Source: Mobula hypostoma
Taxonomy: Eukaryota
Length of the DNA: 64,000 nt
Direction of reading: 5' to 3'
NCBI RefSeq assembly: GCF_963921235.1
Contig: NC_086108.1
Coordinates: 53,012,001-53,076,000, forward strand
Positions 12,552 to 25,274 of the stretch are shown piece after piece. A model generated the notes under the pieces. It saw only the letters and a list, made by a program, of their open reading frames with translations, was not told the origin of the DNA and did no database searches. A program made the translations under genes and the position numbers. Position 1 is the stretch's first letter. The number at the start of each line of letters is the position of its first letter.

Positions 12552-13891
12552 CTTCAATGGTGGGCAAGCTGTTGGAGAAGATCCTGAGAGGCAGGATTTA
12601 TGAGCATTTGGAGAGACATAATCTGATTAGGGATAGTCAGCATGGCTTTGTCAAGGGCAGGTCGTGCCTTACGAGCCTGATTGAATTCTTTGAGTATGTA
12701 ACAAAACACATTGATGAAGGTAGAGCAGTGGATGTAGTGCATATAGATTTCAGTAAGGCACTTGATAAGGTTCCCCATGCAAGGCTCATTCAGAAAATAA
12801 GGAGGCATGGAAACCTTGCTTTGTGGATCCAGAACTGGCTTGCCCACAGAAGGCAAAGGGTGGTTGTAGATGGTTCGTATTCTGCATGGAGTCGGTGATC
12901 AGTGGTGTTCCACGGGAATCTGTTCAAGAACCTCTCCTCTTTGTGATTTTTATAAATGACCTGGTTGAAGAAGTAGAAGGGTGGGTTAGTAAGTTTGCTG
13001 ATGACACAAAGGTTGGGGGTGTTGTGGATAGTCTGGACGGTTGTCAGAGGTTACAGAGGGACATCGATAGGATACAGAACTGGAATGAGAAGTGGTAGAT
13101 GGACATCAACCCAGATAAGTGTGAACTGGTTCATTTTGGCAAGTCAAATTTGAAGACACAATATAGTATTAATGGTAAGACTCGGCAGCATGGAGGATCA
13201 GAGAGGACTTGAGGTCCAAGTCCATAGGACACTCAAAGCTGCTACGCAGGTTGACAGTGTTGTTAAGAAGGCGTATGGTGTGCTGGCATTCATCAACCAT
13301 GGGATTGAGTTCAAGAGATGTGAGGTAATGTGACAGCTATATAAGATATTGGTCAGACCCCACTTGGAGTACTGTGATCAGTTCTAGTCACCTCACTATG
13401 GGATACTATAGAAAGAGTGCAGAGGAGATTTACAAGGATGTTGCCTAGATTGGAGAACATGCCTTATCAGAATAGGTTGAGTGAACTTGGCCTTTTCTCC
13501 TTGGAGCAACAGAGGATGAGAGGTGACCTGATAGAGGTGTATAAGAATGATGAGAGGCAGCGATTGTGTGGATAGCCAGAGGCTTTTCCCCAGTGCTGAA
13601 ATGGCTAACACAAGGGGGCATAGTTTTAACATGCTGGAAAATAGGTACCAAGGGGATGTTAGGGGTAAGTTTTTCCACACAGAGAGTGGTGGGTGCATGG
13701 AATGCACTGCCAGCAGCGGTTGTGGAAGCGGATACAATAGGGTCTTTTAAGAGACTCTCAGATGGGTACATGGAGCCTAGAAAAACAGAGGACTATGCAG
13801 TAGGGTATTTCTAGGCAGTTTCTAGAGTAGTCAACACAACATTGTGGGCTAAAGGGCCTGTAACGTGCTGTAGATTTCTATGTTCTATGTT
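12552..13891 (+). mobile_element. CR1 LINE, 5'-truncated (RT to 3' tail)
   Basis: DSQHGFVKGRSCLTSLIEFF, DFSKALDKVPH, FINDL..SKFADDTK; tail ttctatgttctatgtt. Several frameshifts and stops. Confidence 0.93.
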
Positions 13892-14048
13892 GTATTTTCT
13901 ATCAACCGGACTCCACATAAAGGCATGATGAAGCTTAATACAAGTTTAGATGCTACAGCTGCTAATCTTCATGTGAGCAAATTACTTTTGCAGATCTGTA
14001 TACAGTTGTCGTGTACTGTATCTACCAGTTCCAACTGTAATGCATTGT

Positions 14049-14647
14049 GGCTGCAGTGGCTCCTAAGGTTGTCATAGCCGGGGGTGGTAGTGGGGATAAG
14101 CTCCCACTACCTTTAAAGTGCTCCAAATGGTGTGCGACTCTAACAGCCTCTGAAAACCAGGTCCATCTCTTGGCCTTTACATGTGGCTTAGCTACTTGGC
14201 CCAGCAGAACTGTTTCTACTGACAAGAGAAGAGGAGAAGGTGGACCACTGGCTTCTCAAAACCAGTTGCTTAGTGCAGGTGGGGCTTGTTGGCCTTGGAT
14301 GGCAGCCAGCCTAGGAAAAGGAAAACTCTGATTTTAAACCTGCACAGCCTCGCGGCCATGCCCACCCATGGGAGTAAACCTTGAGGATGAAATCCGGAGC
14401 CGGGGTCTCTAAGGCAGTTTGATGTTGTTTGCAATTTCACTCTGGCAATCTCTACGACGACACTGGTGCCAAGCTGTATTGGCGCTTGCCCTTCCCTTTG
14501 ACTACATCAGTGATGTGGAGAGGGGGAGACCGCTGCACAGGCAACAGCCGGTTCTTCAAATCTTCCTGCCCAGGCTTGTGCCCGGGAGAGGACACAGTCC
14601 ACCAGAGGCACAAACCCGTGATCCCCTTGGATCAATGGCTGCCTACT
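14049..14647 (+). mobile_element. Non-coding RTE-related (SINE-like) retroposon
   Basis: Contains ggcagccagcctaggaaaaggaaaactctga, which resembles RTE 5' UTRs. 5' hairpin ggtagtgggg/ctcccactacc. TSD atgca(t/g)tgt at 14040-14048 and 14648-14656. Confidence 0.6.
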
Positions 14648-16204
14648 ATGCAGTGTATATGAATTACTGGTGTCACTTGTAGTAATTACCAGGTTACTCT
14701 GATGGCAACTCGCCTCGTAAGCTCTCCTGTGGTGCAGGTTAACAGCAACAACCTCATATGTAATCTGGCCTTAGAAATGCACATGTTTTTCTTGTTTTGG
14801 ACTGTGTTTTTATCTTATCCATCTAATATCGCTAATTTACTTACCGTTGTTTCAGTCTGTGAGGAATCCATATTAGCATTGGTTATTCTATCTCTTACTC
14901 ACAGATATTGTAACAATCTGTTTTTATCTTTGTTGACAGTATTTTCTTGCATTCTGCATTTCCTTTCCTTGTCAATGCCTTGATCCTCCAAAGCTGAATT
15001 CTGAAATGTTTACCAATCGCCAGGTTTAATGCTTTTTAGGTAAAATAACAAACCTTTGTGTAATTCTGTGCATAATTCCTCCTGACAGCTGTGACTGTGA
15101 CTGTATTATCTTAAAGGTATATATAATAATTGTAAAGTATCCACTAGATCTCTAAATGTTAGGCATTGAATTTTTTTAGTGTCATATCTTTTTAATGGAG
15201 TTTACCTATTGCCATTCTCACATGCCTTTGTAGTTGCCTTTATTCAGATTTAAGAAATTCATTTCTGATTCAAACTCATTTTCAGGCAAAATTGCATGAT
15301 AAACATCCACATCTATCATTAGCAAATTCACTTCCTTCATGCATTCAACACCTGTCATTATGCTTTCTCATCTACTCTTCCATAGGACAAAAGTGGAGTA
15401 AGCATAAGGAGAGATGTTGAAAAACAGGTACCCATCCCAAAATCTTGCTACCTGCCTACATACAAACATGCATTAGTAATAACAAGCCATATTCTTTACT
15501 GAGCTCCTCATTTTCTTCTGCATAGTTCTCCACTATTTCCAGGAGGTTTTCTGTGTCTCTGGTGGGGAGGAATAGGACCCTATGTCTATTTGATGCCTGA
15601 AGTCAATGACACCAATCCACAACACAGCACAATCTCATGTTGTCTTGAATTCAGCAGCACGGAAAATTATTATGAATGCATTAATAACTAATAAATAAAA
15701 GAAAGATGGAGAAAGGAACACAGTGCACTATAGACTTGTTCCCAATGAAAAGAATGGCCAGCTACAAAATTTCAAATTTGGATATTGAAGACATGGATTT
15801 CTTCAATTCTTCACTGGGGATTGCATACTTTAAAAGCCATCTTGAACAGGGTGCATGAAACCCTGGCCTTTGCGGCTTGCCAACAGCGGGTGGTGAGACT
15901 GCTGTGGGTGGGAATGCACAAGAATGATAACAGTGAAAAATTGTTGGAAGTGGAGATGACTGTTTGTGCTTACGCTTACCAATTCTCAATCTCCATCCAC
16001 CACTATTGGTCAATAAGGTACTTGTTGAGTAACATCCTGATAGCTGACTAACGCTGCTTGGGTACATGGAGAAGCCTACGTGGTGACACCCAATAGTCTC
16101 TGAGACTTGGGTGTATAAACTAAAAGCACCTCAGCTGTATAGAGCAGGAATATGAATAGACTACCTGTACCTCTGCTGAAACATTGCACCATGTAGTGCC
16201 ATGA

Positions 16205-16828
16205 GTTGGTGGTAAGGAAGACAAATGCAATGTTTGCATTGATTTTGAGAGCACTGGAATACAAGTGTAAGAATGTAATGTTGAGGCTTTATAAGGCATT
16301 AGTCAAACCACACTTGGAGTTTTGGGCTTCTTATCCAAGAAAAGATGTGTTGGTGTTGGAGAGGGTCCAGAAGAGGCTCATGAAAATGATTCTGGGAATG
16401 AAAGGGTTAACATATAAGTAGTTTCGATGGCTCATTAGAGCTTAGAAGAACAGGGGGAGATCTGATTGAAACCTATTGAGTATTGAAAGGCCTAGATAGA
16501 GTAGATGTGGAGAGGATGTTTCCTGTAGTGGATGAATCTAGGACCAGAGGGCATATACCAGAGGACGTCCATTTAGAACAGTGATGAGGAGGAATTTCTT
16601 TAGGTAGAGGACAGTAAATCTGTGGAACGCATTGTCACAGATGGCTATGGAGGCCTAGTCATTGGGTCTATTTAAATCAGAGGTTGATGTGCTCTTGATT
16701 AGTCAGGTCGTCAAAGGTTATGAAGAATGCGTTTGAGAGGGATGATAAATCAGCCATGATGGAACGATGGAGCAGACTCGATGGGCCAAATGGTCTAATT
16801 CTGCTCCTGTGTCTTATGTTCTTATGCA
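16205..16828 (+). mobile_element. CR1 3' fragment
   Basis: LYKALVKPHLE..LERVQKR; tail ctgctcctgtgtcttatgttcttatg. Confidence 0.88.
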
Positions 16829-16834
16829 GAAGAG

Positions 16835-17105
16835 ATTCAAAGATTCAAAGCACATTTATTATCAAAGAATGTACAAGTTATACACCATGAAATCTGTCTG
16901 CTTAGGCAGCTACAAAGCAAGAAACTCAAATAACCCAATTTTAAAAAGACCAAAAACCACTGAGCAGAGAACGAGAGAGAGAGGGAATGAAACACATCGT
17001 GCAAACAACAGAAGAAAGCCAACAGCATCAAGAACCAGACAGAGTCCCAGAGCAGCTAGAGTAGGCCTAAGCCAAGCCTCCATATACAGTGGGGCATAAA
17101 AGCAA
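16835..17105 (-). mobile_element. Non-autonomous retroposon 3' fragment with Rex1-like tail
   Basis: - strand ends ttgataataaatgtgctttgaatctttgaatc. Similar tails at ~17363, ~25043 and ~49133. Confidence 0.5.
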
Positions 17106-17783
17106 GGATGAGAAAAGCAAGAGGAAAGGCTTGTGGTTAAAATTATAGTCATACTGCTTGGGAATGGGCTCTGTGGCCCAACTAGTCCATGTCAACCAAG
17201 ATGCCCCATATAATCTAGCCTCATTTGCAAGTCTTGGGTTCATAATCTTCTAAATTTTTTCAATACACCTACCTGTCCAATTTTCTTTTAAAAGTTGTCA
17301 TTGTATGCCTCAACCACCTCCTCTGGCAGCTCCTTCCACATATATACCATTGCCTTTGTAAAAGTTCAAAGTACATTTATTATCAAAGTACGTTTACAGA
17401 GATTTGTCTTCTTGCAGGCAGCCACAAAACAAAGAAACACCACAGAACCTGTTTAAAGAAAAAACCCACACACAACATGAAATATCAAACTGCAGAGTCC
17501 CCAAAAGTAAGTTCACAGCCACACGCCACCAAGGTGAGTGAACCCTCTCAAATTTCCTATTAAATCTTACCCCTCTCACTATACTTATTCCCCATTTAAT
17601 TTTGGTCAATGATTCATCTTGATTGCCAAACCCTGGGGAAAATCCTGTGTGCACTCACCCCATCTGTGCCCCTCAGAATTTTATACACCTCTGTATGATC
17701 CCCTAGGCTCCAAGGAAAACAGTCCTAACCTGAACGACCTCTTCCTATGACTCAGTGCCTGGAGCCCTGGCAACATTCACGTA

Positions 17784-18189
17784 GAGTACTGTGTAAGAGA
17801 CTTGGGCATATGTAAAAAAAAGCGAAGATGCTTTCAAAAATAATGAATTTAAAAGTTTCTAAATATTAAAAGAATTACTATAAAGAGCAGTACACAATAA
17901 ACTAAATCAGAGCAGTACTTGGTGTGACCACACTTTCCCTTTAAAACTGCATCAATTCCCTTAGGTACACTGATGCAGTTTTATGAGAAAATAGGCTGGT
18001 AAGTTGTTCCAGGCATCTTGGAGAACTTGCCACAGTTCTTCTGCAGACTTTGGCTGTCTTGCTTGCTTCTGTCTCTCCAAGTAATCCCAAACAGCCTTGA
18101 TGATGTTGAGATCAGGGCTGTGTGGAGGCCAAATCATCTGAAACCATATTTTAAAAATCTAGCGTGTCTAAGACTTTTGCACAGAACTG
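17784..18189. mobile_element. Tc1-type internally deleted element (MITE-like)
   Basis: Imperfect TIRs gagtactgtgtaagagacttgggca / tgtctaagacttttgcacagaactg. TA on the left; interrupts CR1 sequence; internal WPPHSPDLN-like remnant on the - strand. Confidence 0.7.
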
Positions 18190-18489
18190 TTAATATTTTC
18201 TACACTCTTTCCAGTTTAATAACATTTTTTTCAACTGCAGTATGACCAAAACTGAGCATCATACTCCAAGTTCAGCCTCACTGGTGTCAACCACACCATG
18301 ACTCCCAGCTGTTATACTCACTGATGGAGGCTAGTGTGCCAAAAGCCTTCTACCTGTGATTTCATATTGAGGGAACCATGTACATCAATTCCAAGGTCCC
18401 TTCTGTTCTACAACACTCACTAGAGCCCTGCCATTCGCTGTGAAAGCCTTGCCTTGATATGACTTTCTAAAATGCCAATTCAGCTTATT

Positions 18490-18542
18490 GGAAACCAATT
18501 TCCCTCGGGATCAATAAAGTATGACTATGACTATGACTATGA
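18490..18542 (+). mobile_element. Rex1/Babar extreme 3' tail
   Basis: aaaccaatttccc..gggatcaataaag(tatgac)n; same tail as ~52505-52550. Confidence 0.8.
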
Positions 18543-18774
18543 ATTAAACTCTATATGTCATTCTATTTACTCAGCTGATCAAGATTCCTCTGTAATTCTT
18601 GATAATTTTTTCACCTTCCACTATACCACCTATCTTATTATGATCTGCAAACTTACTAACCATGCCTTGTACATTCTCATCCAAATCATTTAATACAGTT
18701 GACAAACAACAACGAGTCCAGCAGCAACCTCTGAGGCACAGCACTAATCATTGGCTTCCAGTTCAAGAAACAAT

Positions 18775-20643
18775 CTTCTTCTTCTTTTGACTTTTAATGG
18801 TGGTTGGCAATCCGACTTAAAGGTGTGTTACCACCACCAACTGGACTGAAGTGTGGTGCAGAGAACTGGAAAATAAAACATTAACTACTTCTATATTACC
18901 CCAAAAAGCCCTATGGGTTGTAAGTGAAAGACAATAATGTGAATTAAATCAAAGTCATTCCCATAACTTAATAAAGTTTTAAATGAAACTATCTACCCCC
19001 AAAGATTGTAATCAAATCTGTGTTTGATTTCTTTCAACCTTAAATGCTTCACCCTGCAATAGTATGTGTTCAACTGTTTCATAATAATGACAAATCTACA
19101 CAACCTAGAGTAATGTTTTCCAACAAGATATGAAGAATAATTAAGCATAGTATTCCCAATTCTGTTGAGTCAATATAATTCCTTTGTCATAAAGTGGGGC
19201 GCTGGGAGCAGACCCAAGTGCAAGACACAGACACTGAAGTACTAGGAACAGGACAGGACTTTAGGGACGTGACTGGATGCAGACTAGGAGCTGGGGCAAG
19301 AACACAGACTTGGGCTAGAACATTGGCTAGGCAAGTGGGACCAGGACAAGGAACTGGGAACTAGGAACCTGGGCTTGGACTCCGAGCCGGAGACCGGACA
19401 AGGAGATCGGACCTAGGTGAGGACATGACATGGCTACAGGACTGGACATGGCTTTGGTTCTTCATGGCTCGGGTACTTCGAGGTGAGGACATGACGAGGC
19501 TTGGGTTCTTTGAGGTGAGGACATGACGAGGCTTGGGTTCTGACTCCAAGCCAGAGACTGGACAAGGATCCAGAACCTGGGTCTTGACTTGGGCTCGGAC
19601 TCCAGAACTAGGCGAAGCCATGACGTGGTCTTGGGAGACAGGACTAGGCGAGGCTACAGGACAGAACGAGAGACTCCTGGGCAAGATGAGGGAACTCCAG
19701 CACAGGACGAGGGAACTCCAGCACAGGATGAGAACACGAAGCCTTGACTTGGTACTCAGGAACCACCGAGCCTTGGACTTGGGACGACAGGAACCTCGGA
19801 ACCCTGGACTTGGGACGACAGGAATGCAGAACACAGAGCCCTGGTCTTGGGGAGGACAGGAACACAGAGCCTTGGTCTAGAGCACGAGAACATGGAGCCT
19901 TGGACTTGAGAGACAGGAACACAGGGACATGGAACGCAGAGCCAGGACCCCTCCTTGGGAACAGGATTTAGGGCCGGGACTCGTACACGGAACACAGAGC
20001 TAGGACCCCTCCTTGGGAACAGGACTTAGGGCTGGGGCTCTACACAGAATGCTGAACATAACGAGACAGTTCCCAACACTAGGTAGCGGCAAACGGCCAG
20101 ACCTACCTAGCAAAGGCGTGGACACAGAGACGGTTCCCAACTCTAAGTAGCGGTAAACGGCCAGACCTACCTAGCGAAGGCGTGGACACAGCGACAGTTC
20201 CAACTCAACGATAGACAGTTCCTTATCTTGACACAACAAGGCTCCGGTCTCACTCCAGTGGTAGAACTTGACAATGTTGCAGTCAAAGGCTCCAGACACA
20301 GGTTGCAGGCAAGGCTTCAGAAGGAAGGGGAAGGGAAGGGAACAGTCCAGCCTCAGGGTAACAGCAAAGGCAGCCTGGCTTACCCTACAGAGGCAGGACA
20401 GGATACTGACGAGACAAACCAGCACCCACACTCGATCCCAGGGCCACTTATATTCCCAGCCCCAAGACAAGCATCAGGTGCCTATGATTAAGCCCAACTG
20501 AAACAAGGAACAACCGGAAGACCTGGAGTCCAGAGTCCACAGACCAGACCGTGGACCGGAATGCGGACTTCACGGAGCAGACCACGACATCCTTCCCTTC
20601 TTCGTTTTCCCCCTTGTCCCATAAACCCTACGTTTTTATGTAC
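18775..20643 (-). mobile_element. I/Nimb-clade LINE 3' fragment, interrupted by a solo LTR
   Basis: - strand RIGNTMLN..LVGKH..LC C-terminal remnant, 3' end ccagtccagttggtggtggtaa..(gaa)n. 8-bp TSD gaaacaat at 18767-18774 and 20644-20651. Confidence 0.6.
19185..20589 (-). mobile_element. Solo LTR (copy A), Gypsy-like, with internal tandem repeats
   Basis: TG...CA termini, 5-bp TSD tcctt (19180-19184 and 20590-20594). Ends homologous to 27549-28768 and 53809-55394. Confidence 0.88.
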
Positions 20644-21514
20644 GAAACAATTTTCCACCATCACTAGTTGCTCTCTACCATCAAGTCAATTGGGTATTCA
20701 ATGAGGCAGCTCTCCCTGGATTCTGTGCAATCAAACCTCCTAGTGTAGCCTATGAAAGGCTTTACTCAAGTCTATTATTAACCAAGTCTATGGGCCTGCC
20801 CTCATTAACTTTCTTTATTACTTCATCCAGAGACTCAATAAAGTTTGTAAGATATGATGTCTGATGAACAATACCATGCTGACTACTCCTAAGTAAGCCC
20901 TGTCTTTCCAGATGCACAGTATTTGTATCTCATCCCTTAGAGTCCTCTCCAGTCACTTACCCTCCACAGGTATTAGACTTACTGGACCATCGATTGCAGG
21001 CTTTTCTTTATAGCGTTTCTTAAATAAACAGAGAGCACTCACTACCCTACAGTCTATCGACTCCTCCCCTTGGACTGTCAGTGATGCAAATATCTCAGCC
21101 AAGGCTCCCGAAAATTCTTCTCTAGCTTCCCACAGCATTCTTGGATATGCCTGGTCAGATCCTGGACATTTGTCTGCCTTGTATATTTTAAGATATCCAG
21201 CACCACCTCTGTGGTAACACTGACTATCCCACAAGAATAATGTACTGTTTCTCTCATGATACTGACACTCACAATTTTTTTTTTCTCGGCTATTCCTTCA
21301 TCATGCACATTCTTGGTTAGTGCCTGGCTTTTTTACCTTATGAATTGCAAGACCCAAACTGGCCCTGAGGAATTAACAAGCAGTGGTAATTTCTTCTACC
21401 TGAAACTGATTGTTAAGACAATTGTTAGAAATTCTGCACTGAACTTTTCTTAAACAAGAATTAATGCTCTAATAGGGGAAGTCTTATTCCATTTGAAACC
21501 AAACATGGAATTAG

Positions 21515-21640
21515 ATTTTCCATCCTGAAGAAGCGCTTAAGGTGTCTTGACAGATTTAAAGGTGCCTTCAAATTAGAACATTCAGGGTCTCCAGAGTAGT
21601 TGTATGCTGAATTGTATACAATGTTCTACAGCATTCAAGG
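21515..21640 (+). mobile_element. Harbinger transposase trace
   Basis: ILKKRLRCLDRFKGAF resembles HARBI1-type LKxRFRCLDRSGGAL. Very short and decayed. Confidence 0.4.
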
Positions 21641-22318
21641 TTGAGCCTACAGAAGGACTAAGTTGCTTTTAACCCCACCCTCACTAACCTGCTTCCAACT
21701 AGTCTCGCATGACTTATAATTTTGTCCAATGTAGAAGCACACAATTAACATCCCCTTAGCTCTTTGAGATATTAAGATTCTGAAGAGTTTCAAGGGATAT
21801 AGAACCATGGCTTCAGGTAAGCAGAGAGAGTGAGCAAAGTAGCAAATAATGTACTGTGGATTACATTTACTGCAATGAGATGCATCCTGCAATGACCACG
21901 ATGCTGTTCTGCTTAGAGTGCCGACAGTGAGTAGCTGCCTTCAGTCAATAGCTCACTACAGCTTGACTAATTTAATAATCTGCATTCTCCATTGATCTTT
22001 GGAACTGTTTTGCGTGTATTTCTAATCTTGCATGAACTGTGTGTATGTATATTATTTTTATGAAATGAAGTATATAGTTCTGTAATAAAGAATATCTATT
22101 AGTGTACTCATCTCTAAATTAGTATGATCTGAGTTCAAGCTTCTATGGGTCTGGAAACTCTCCAGCATCTTATTATACCAAAGAGCAGACAAGGAGGCTT
22201 ATTGTGCTTTGAACAAAAATTCTTCCATTTCATTAAGACGCTGCATGGGTATTGCGTTATTAACAGCATTGGATCTTTGATGAGAATTGAGATTTTATCT
22301 GACCATTCATGTAGATGT

Positions 22319-22517
22319 CAGCCGGCTGGTGGCGTAGTGACATCAGCGCCGAGTTCGAATCCAGTTGGCTCTCTTGCACGCTTTTCATCTGTGCTGGGTT
22401 GAGCATCGAGCTAGCAACTCGGCCTTGTAAAAATAAGAAAGTCTGCTAAAAAAAACGCCGTCATGACGGCGTCCAGATGACTCCACTTGGAGTTAAGGGC
22501 TTTCTTCTTCTTCTTCT
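22319..22517 (+). mobile_element. tRNA-derived SINE
   Basis: A box tggcgtagtga (22330-22340), B box gttcgaatcc (22353-22362), (ttc)n tail. Perfect 14-bp TSD attcatgtagatgt at 22305-22318 and 22518-22531. Confidence 0.85.
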
Positions 22518-22569
22518 ATTCATGTAGATGTAACGAAAGACTTAATTGAAGGAGGAAGAGTGAGATAAA

Positions 22570-22775
22570 CATTTATCGAAGCAGAGCAAGGAAAACTGCC
22601 AAAGTCCTGGTAAACATTAATGCTTCAAAATACCAAAGACAGATCATTCATTTCTTTGCCACTTGTGAGATATTGCCATGCACAAATTGGCTGCCTTTAC
22701 CTGCACAACAACTGTACTTCATAAATAATTAATGCCTTGAGGGTGTGAAAGGTGCTTTATAAGTTAGATTCTTTA
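22570..22775 (+). mobile_element. Ancient Deu-domain SINE (SacSINE/AmnSINE-like) remnant
   Basis: tgtgagatattgccatgcacaaattggctgcc..gtgaaaggtgctttataa resembles the Deu-SINE core and tail as recalled. Confidence 0.5.
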
Positions 22776-25274
22776 TGCAAAAAAAGATACTTGAACATAT
22801 TATGCACAATACCTTTTCCTCAGAAGTTGCTCCTGTTATCCCCTAGTTACTTACTGCAGTGACGATTCATCATGTGTAAGTCCAGACAGGGAATGTCTGT
22901 CTATTATCTGACCACATTATAGCTGAGCCTATTACTGCCTAAGCTGTTGTGCACAAATGCAACCTGTCTTACAGAAATGACTGGATAAAAAAATGCAAAC
23001 TGTAGCTTTTTTTCTCCTCTTTTACTTTATGGATATGGAAATGAATTGTATCACTCTTACTGCAGCCTTGCCTGACATCAATTAACTTGCCCTACAACGT
23101 CATTTTGCTGGTGAGCGTGGCTCCATTTTGCACTGGGTAACATGTAGAGGTAACAAAGTAGAGTTCTATATATTATTTTTGGGGTGCAAAGGTGAAAATC
23201 TTTCCAAAGATTCTCTTGAAACAGCTATTCCAGAGTAAAGAGATACAAAAGCTTTTACTTTTTCTAATAAGGTGCCTTATATTGATCACAATGATTCAAT
23301 ATTCAGTCATTGGTTCATATTGAATGCTGAAACTCCATTCACCACAGTATCTCTGCTGTTCTTCATATTTTTCAACTATTTTCTTACCAATCATTATAAT
23401 CATGTTTCCTAATCATTTCCCAGAATGGCCTCCACTTTTTTTCTTGACATCCAAGGGATATAACATTGAGCATACCTGGTGAACTGGTTGCCTAACTGTC
23501 CGTCATCAGATAAGGGTTGACCATGTAAAGCTCTACCAAAATGGCCCATTGCTTATTCTGGGGAGTAAAAGTGATGCCAGACTCCTTAAACAATTTACTT
23601 CTAACCCCTATTATAACTGCTAATGTACGAAGAGTTCAGGTACTCCTCTTGATTCACCACTTTCCCTGGCATGGGAAATCTTGTCTGAGGCACTTCAGAC
23701 CTGGTCTGGACTAATTTTTTGTCAGATTTTTGTAGAGGAACTTGGATGTTGAAGGCAACATACAAGTACACTATGTCAGATTAAGTGATTGCAGAAAACA
23801 TTGATTTTGGGCTTTGCAATTAGTCTTGATACCCCAGCATATGGAAATGATAAATTTAACCATTACATATTGCTAGCCTGTGATTTAAGGTCAATCCTAG
23901 ATCAGATCAATTGACTCAAATATTAGCAAGTATTGGAGGAACAATTGCTCCTTGAGATGCAGGAATCTTTAAAGTGTGTTTGAAAAAAAATACTACTGAC
24001 CCAAAGGACTTGTGAAAGATGGAGATAATGATGTGTATTATTAGAAAGATTATTCCCTCAAAAATATTTACTTTGGAAGATTACTACAGTGATGATCCCA
24101 AAGGTACTTTTTTCCTCAGACATTTCAAATGCTAAAATAATTACTTGTGCTTACATGTCTAGTTCCCTGTTGTTATATTAGTATTTAAAATCTCAGCTTC
24201 TCCAAAATTATTTCACATCGCTTATTTTCTCCTGTTCTACCTTTCATTCCCTTTTTGCTTAATCTCCACGCTTCACATTCCCTCTTTTTCAGGCACCGTG
24301 AGGGATTTTGTGATGCAGTTACTGTTGCCAGGCGACAGGCATTCAGTGTGAAGACATTCAGGTCCATACGTCTTATACCTCAGGCTGTCATGGCCCATGG
24401 TGCCTCGCTTCCCTGGTGCTTGCTGTCGACAATGCAGACCTTTTGCATTGAGCATTTATCAAAGCACAGCATAGTAATGACCACTCACCAGAGGGGAAAT
24501 TGAGATGACCTATAGGCCAAAGCTGTTAGAAAGACTGCTGGGAAGGGCAATAGGGTCATGGCATCCATGTCCCACCCACTTAGTAGCCAGTTAGTACCAG
24601 AACAGAGAACAGCACTGCTCCGTTCCTCATTGTTTCAAAAAGCTCAAAATCAAATGACAAATATTTACTTGGCAGCTATAGCAGAACAAAGAAAGAACAG
24701 AAGTATAATTAACTCCGCATTGTCTTTACAATACTTTTTCCAATTACTCCACTACATTAATTGAAAATACTTTAGTCTCCTCTATGCTACTTCGAGGAAA
24801 AGAAATGAAACATAGCTATCCAAAGAAACTCTACAGTATATTCTTCTGTAAGTTACCTCTCAACAGACGCCTTTGCTTCTGGCACTATGTTTAAGGGGAG
24901 GTAGGAAGTCACAGGATCCTTTGTTAACAAAGTCTTTGATAGTAGTGAGATGCTTGGGAGTGTCTTGCTGACGTAACTTCTTTCTCGTCAAGAACGCGGC
25001 AATGATAAACAAAAACATAAGTGCACACACTTCGTCTCTTCAAAGTTCAAAGTTCAGAATACATTTACTATCAAAGTATGTATGTAGTGTACAACCCTGA
25101 GATATTGTACATTTTCCTTTAGAATCAATTTATTTTAAAATTTCTCAACTTCACAAGTTTTCACTTACGTTATTGAAAAATCTACAATATAAACTACATT
25201 TTTTTTTCAAAACTATACTGGAGCATTTTATTTAGGAATGATCATTCAGCGGAACAGATCATGGTTGTTTTGTA

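Larger units (their letters stand above)
17140..21260 (-). mobile_element. Old CR1 LINE hosting several nested insertions
   Basis: CR1 3' UTR at ~17145. RT pieces continue collinearly across the inserts up to DKCPGSDQAYPRMLWEAREE (~21200). Confidence 0.8.

Noticed and set aside
22319..22370. tRNA gene
   Set aside because: No complete cloverleaf; followed by a SINE body, tail and TSD.
22855..22980. Minus-strand exon-like segment with good splice signals
   Set aside because: All three frames contain stops; it cannot be supported as coding, and there is no evidence for a non-coding exon.
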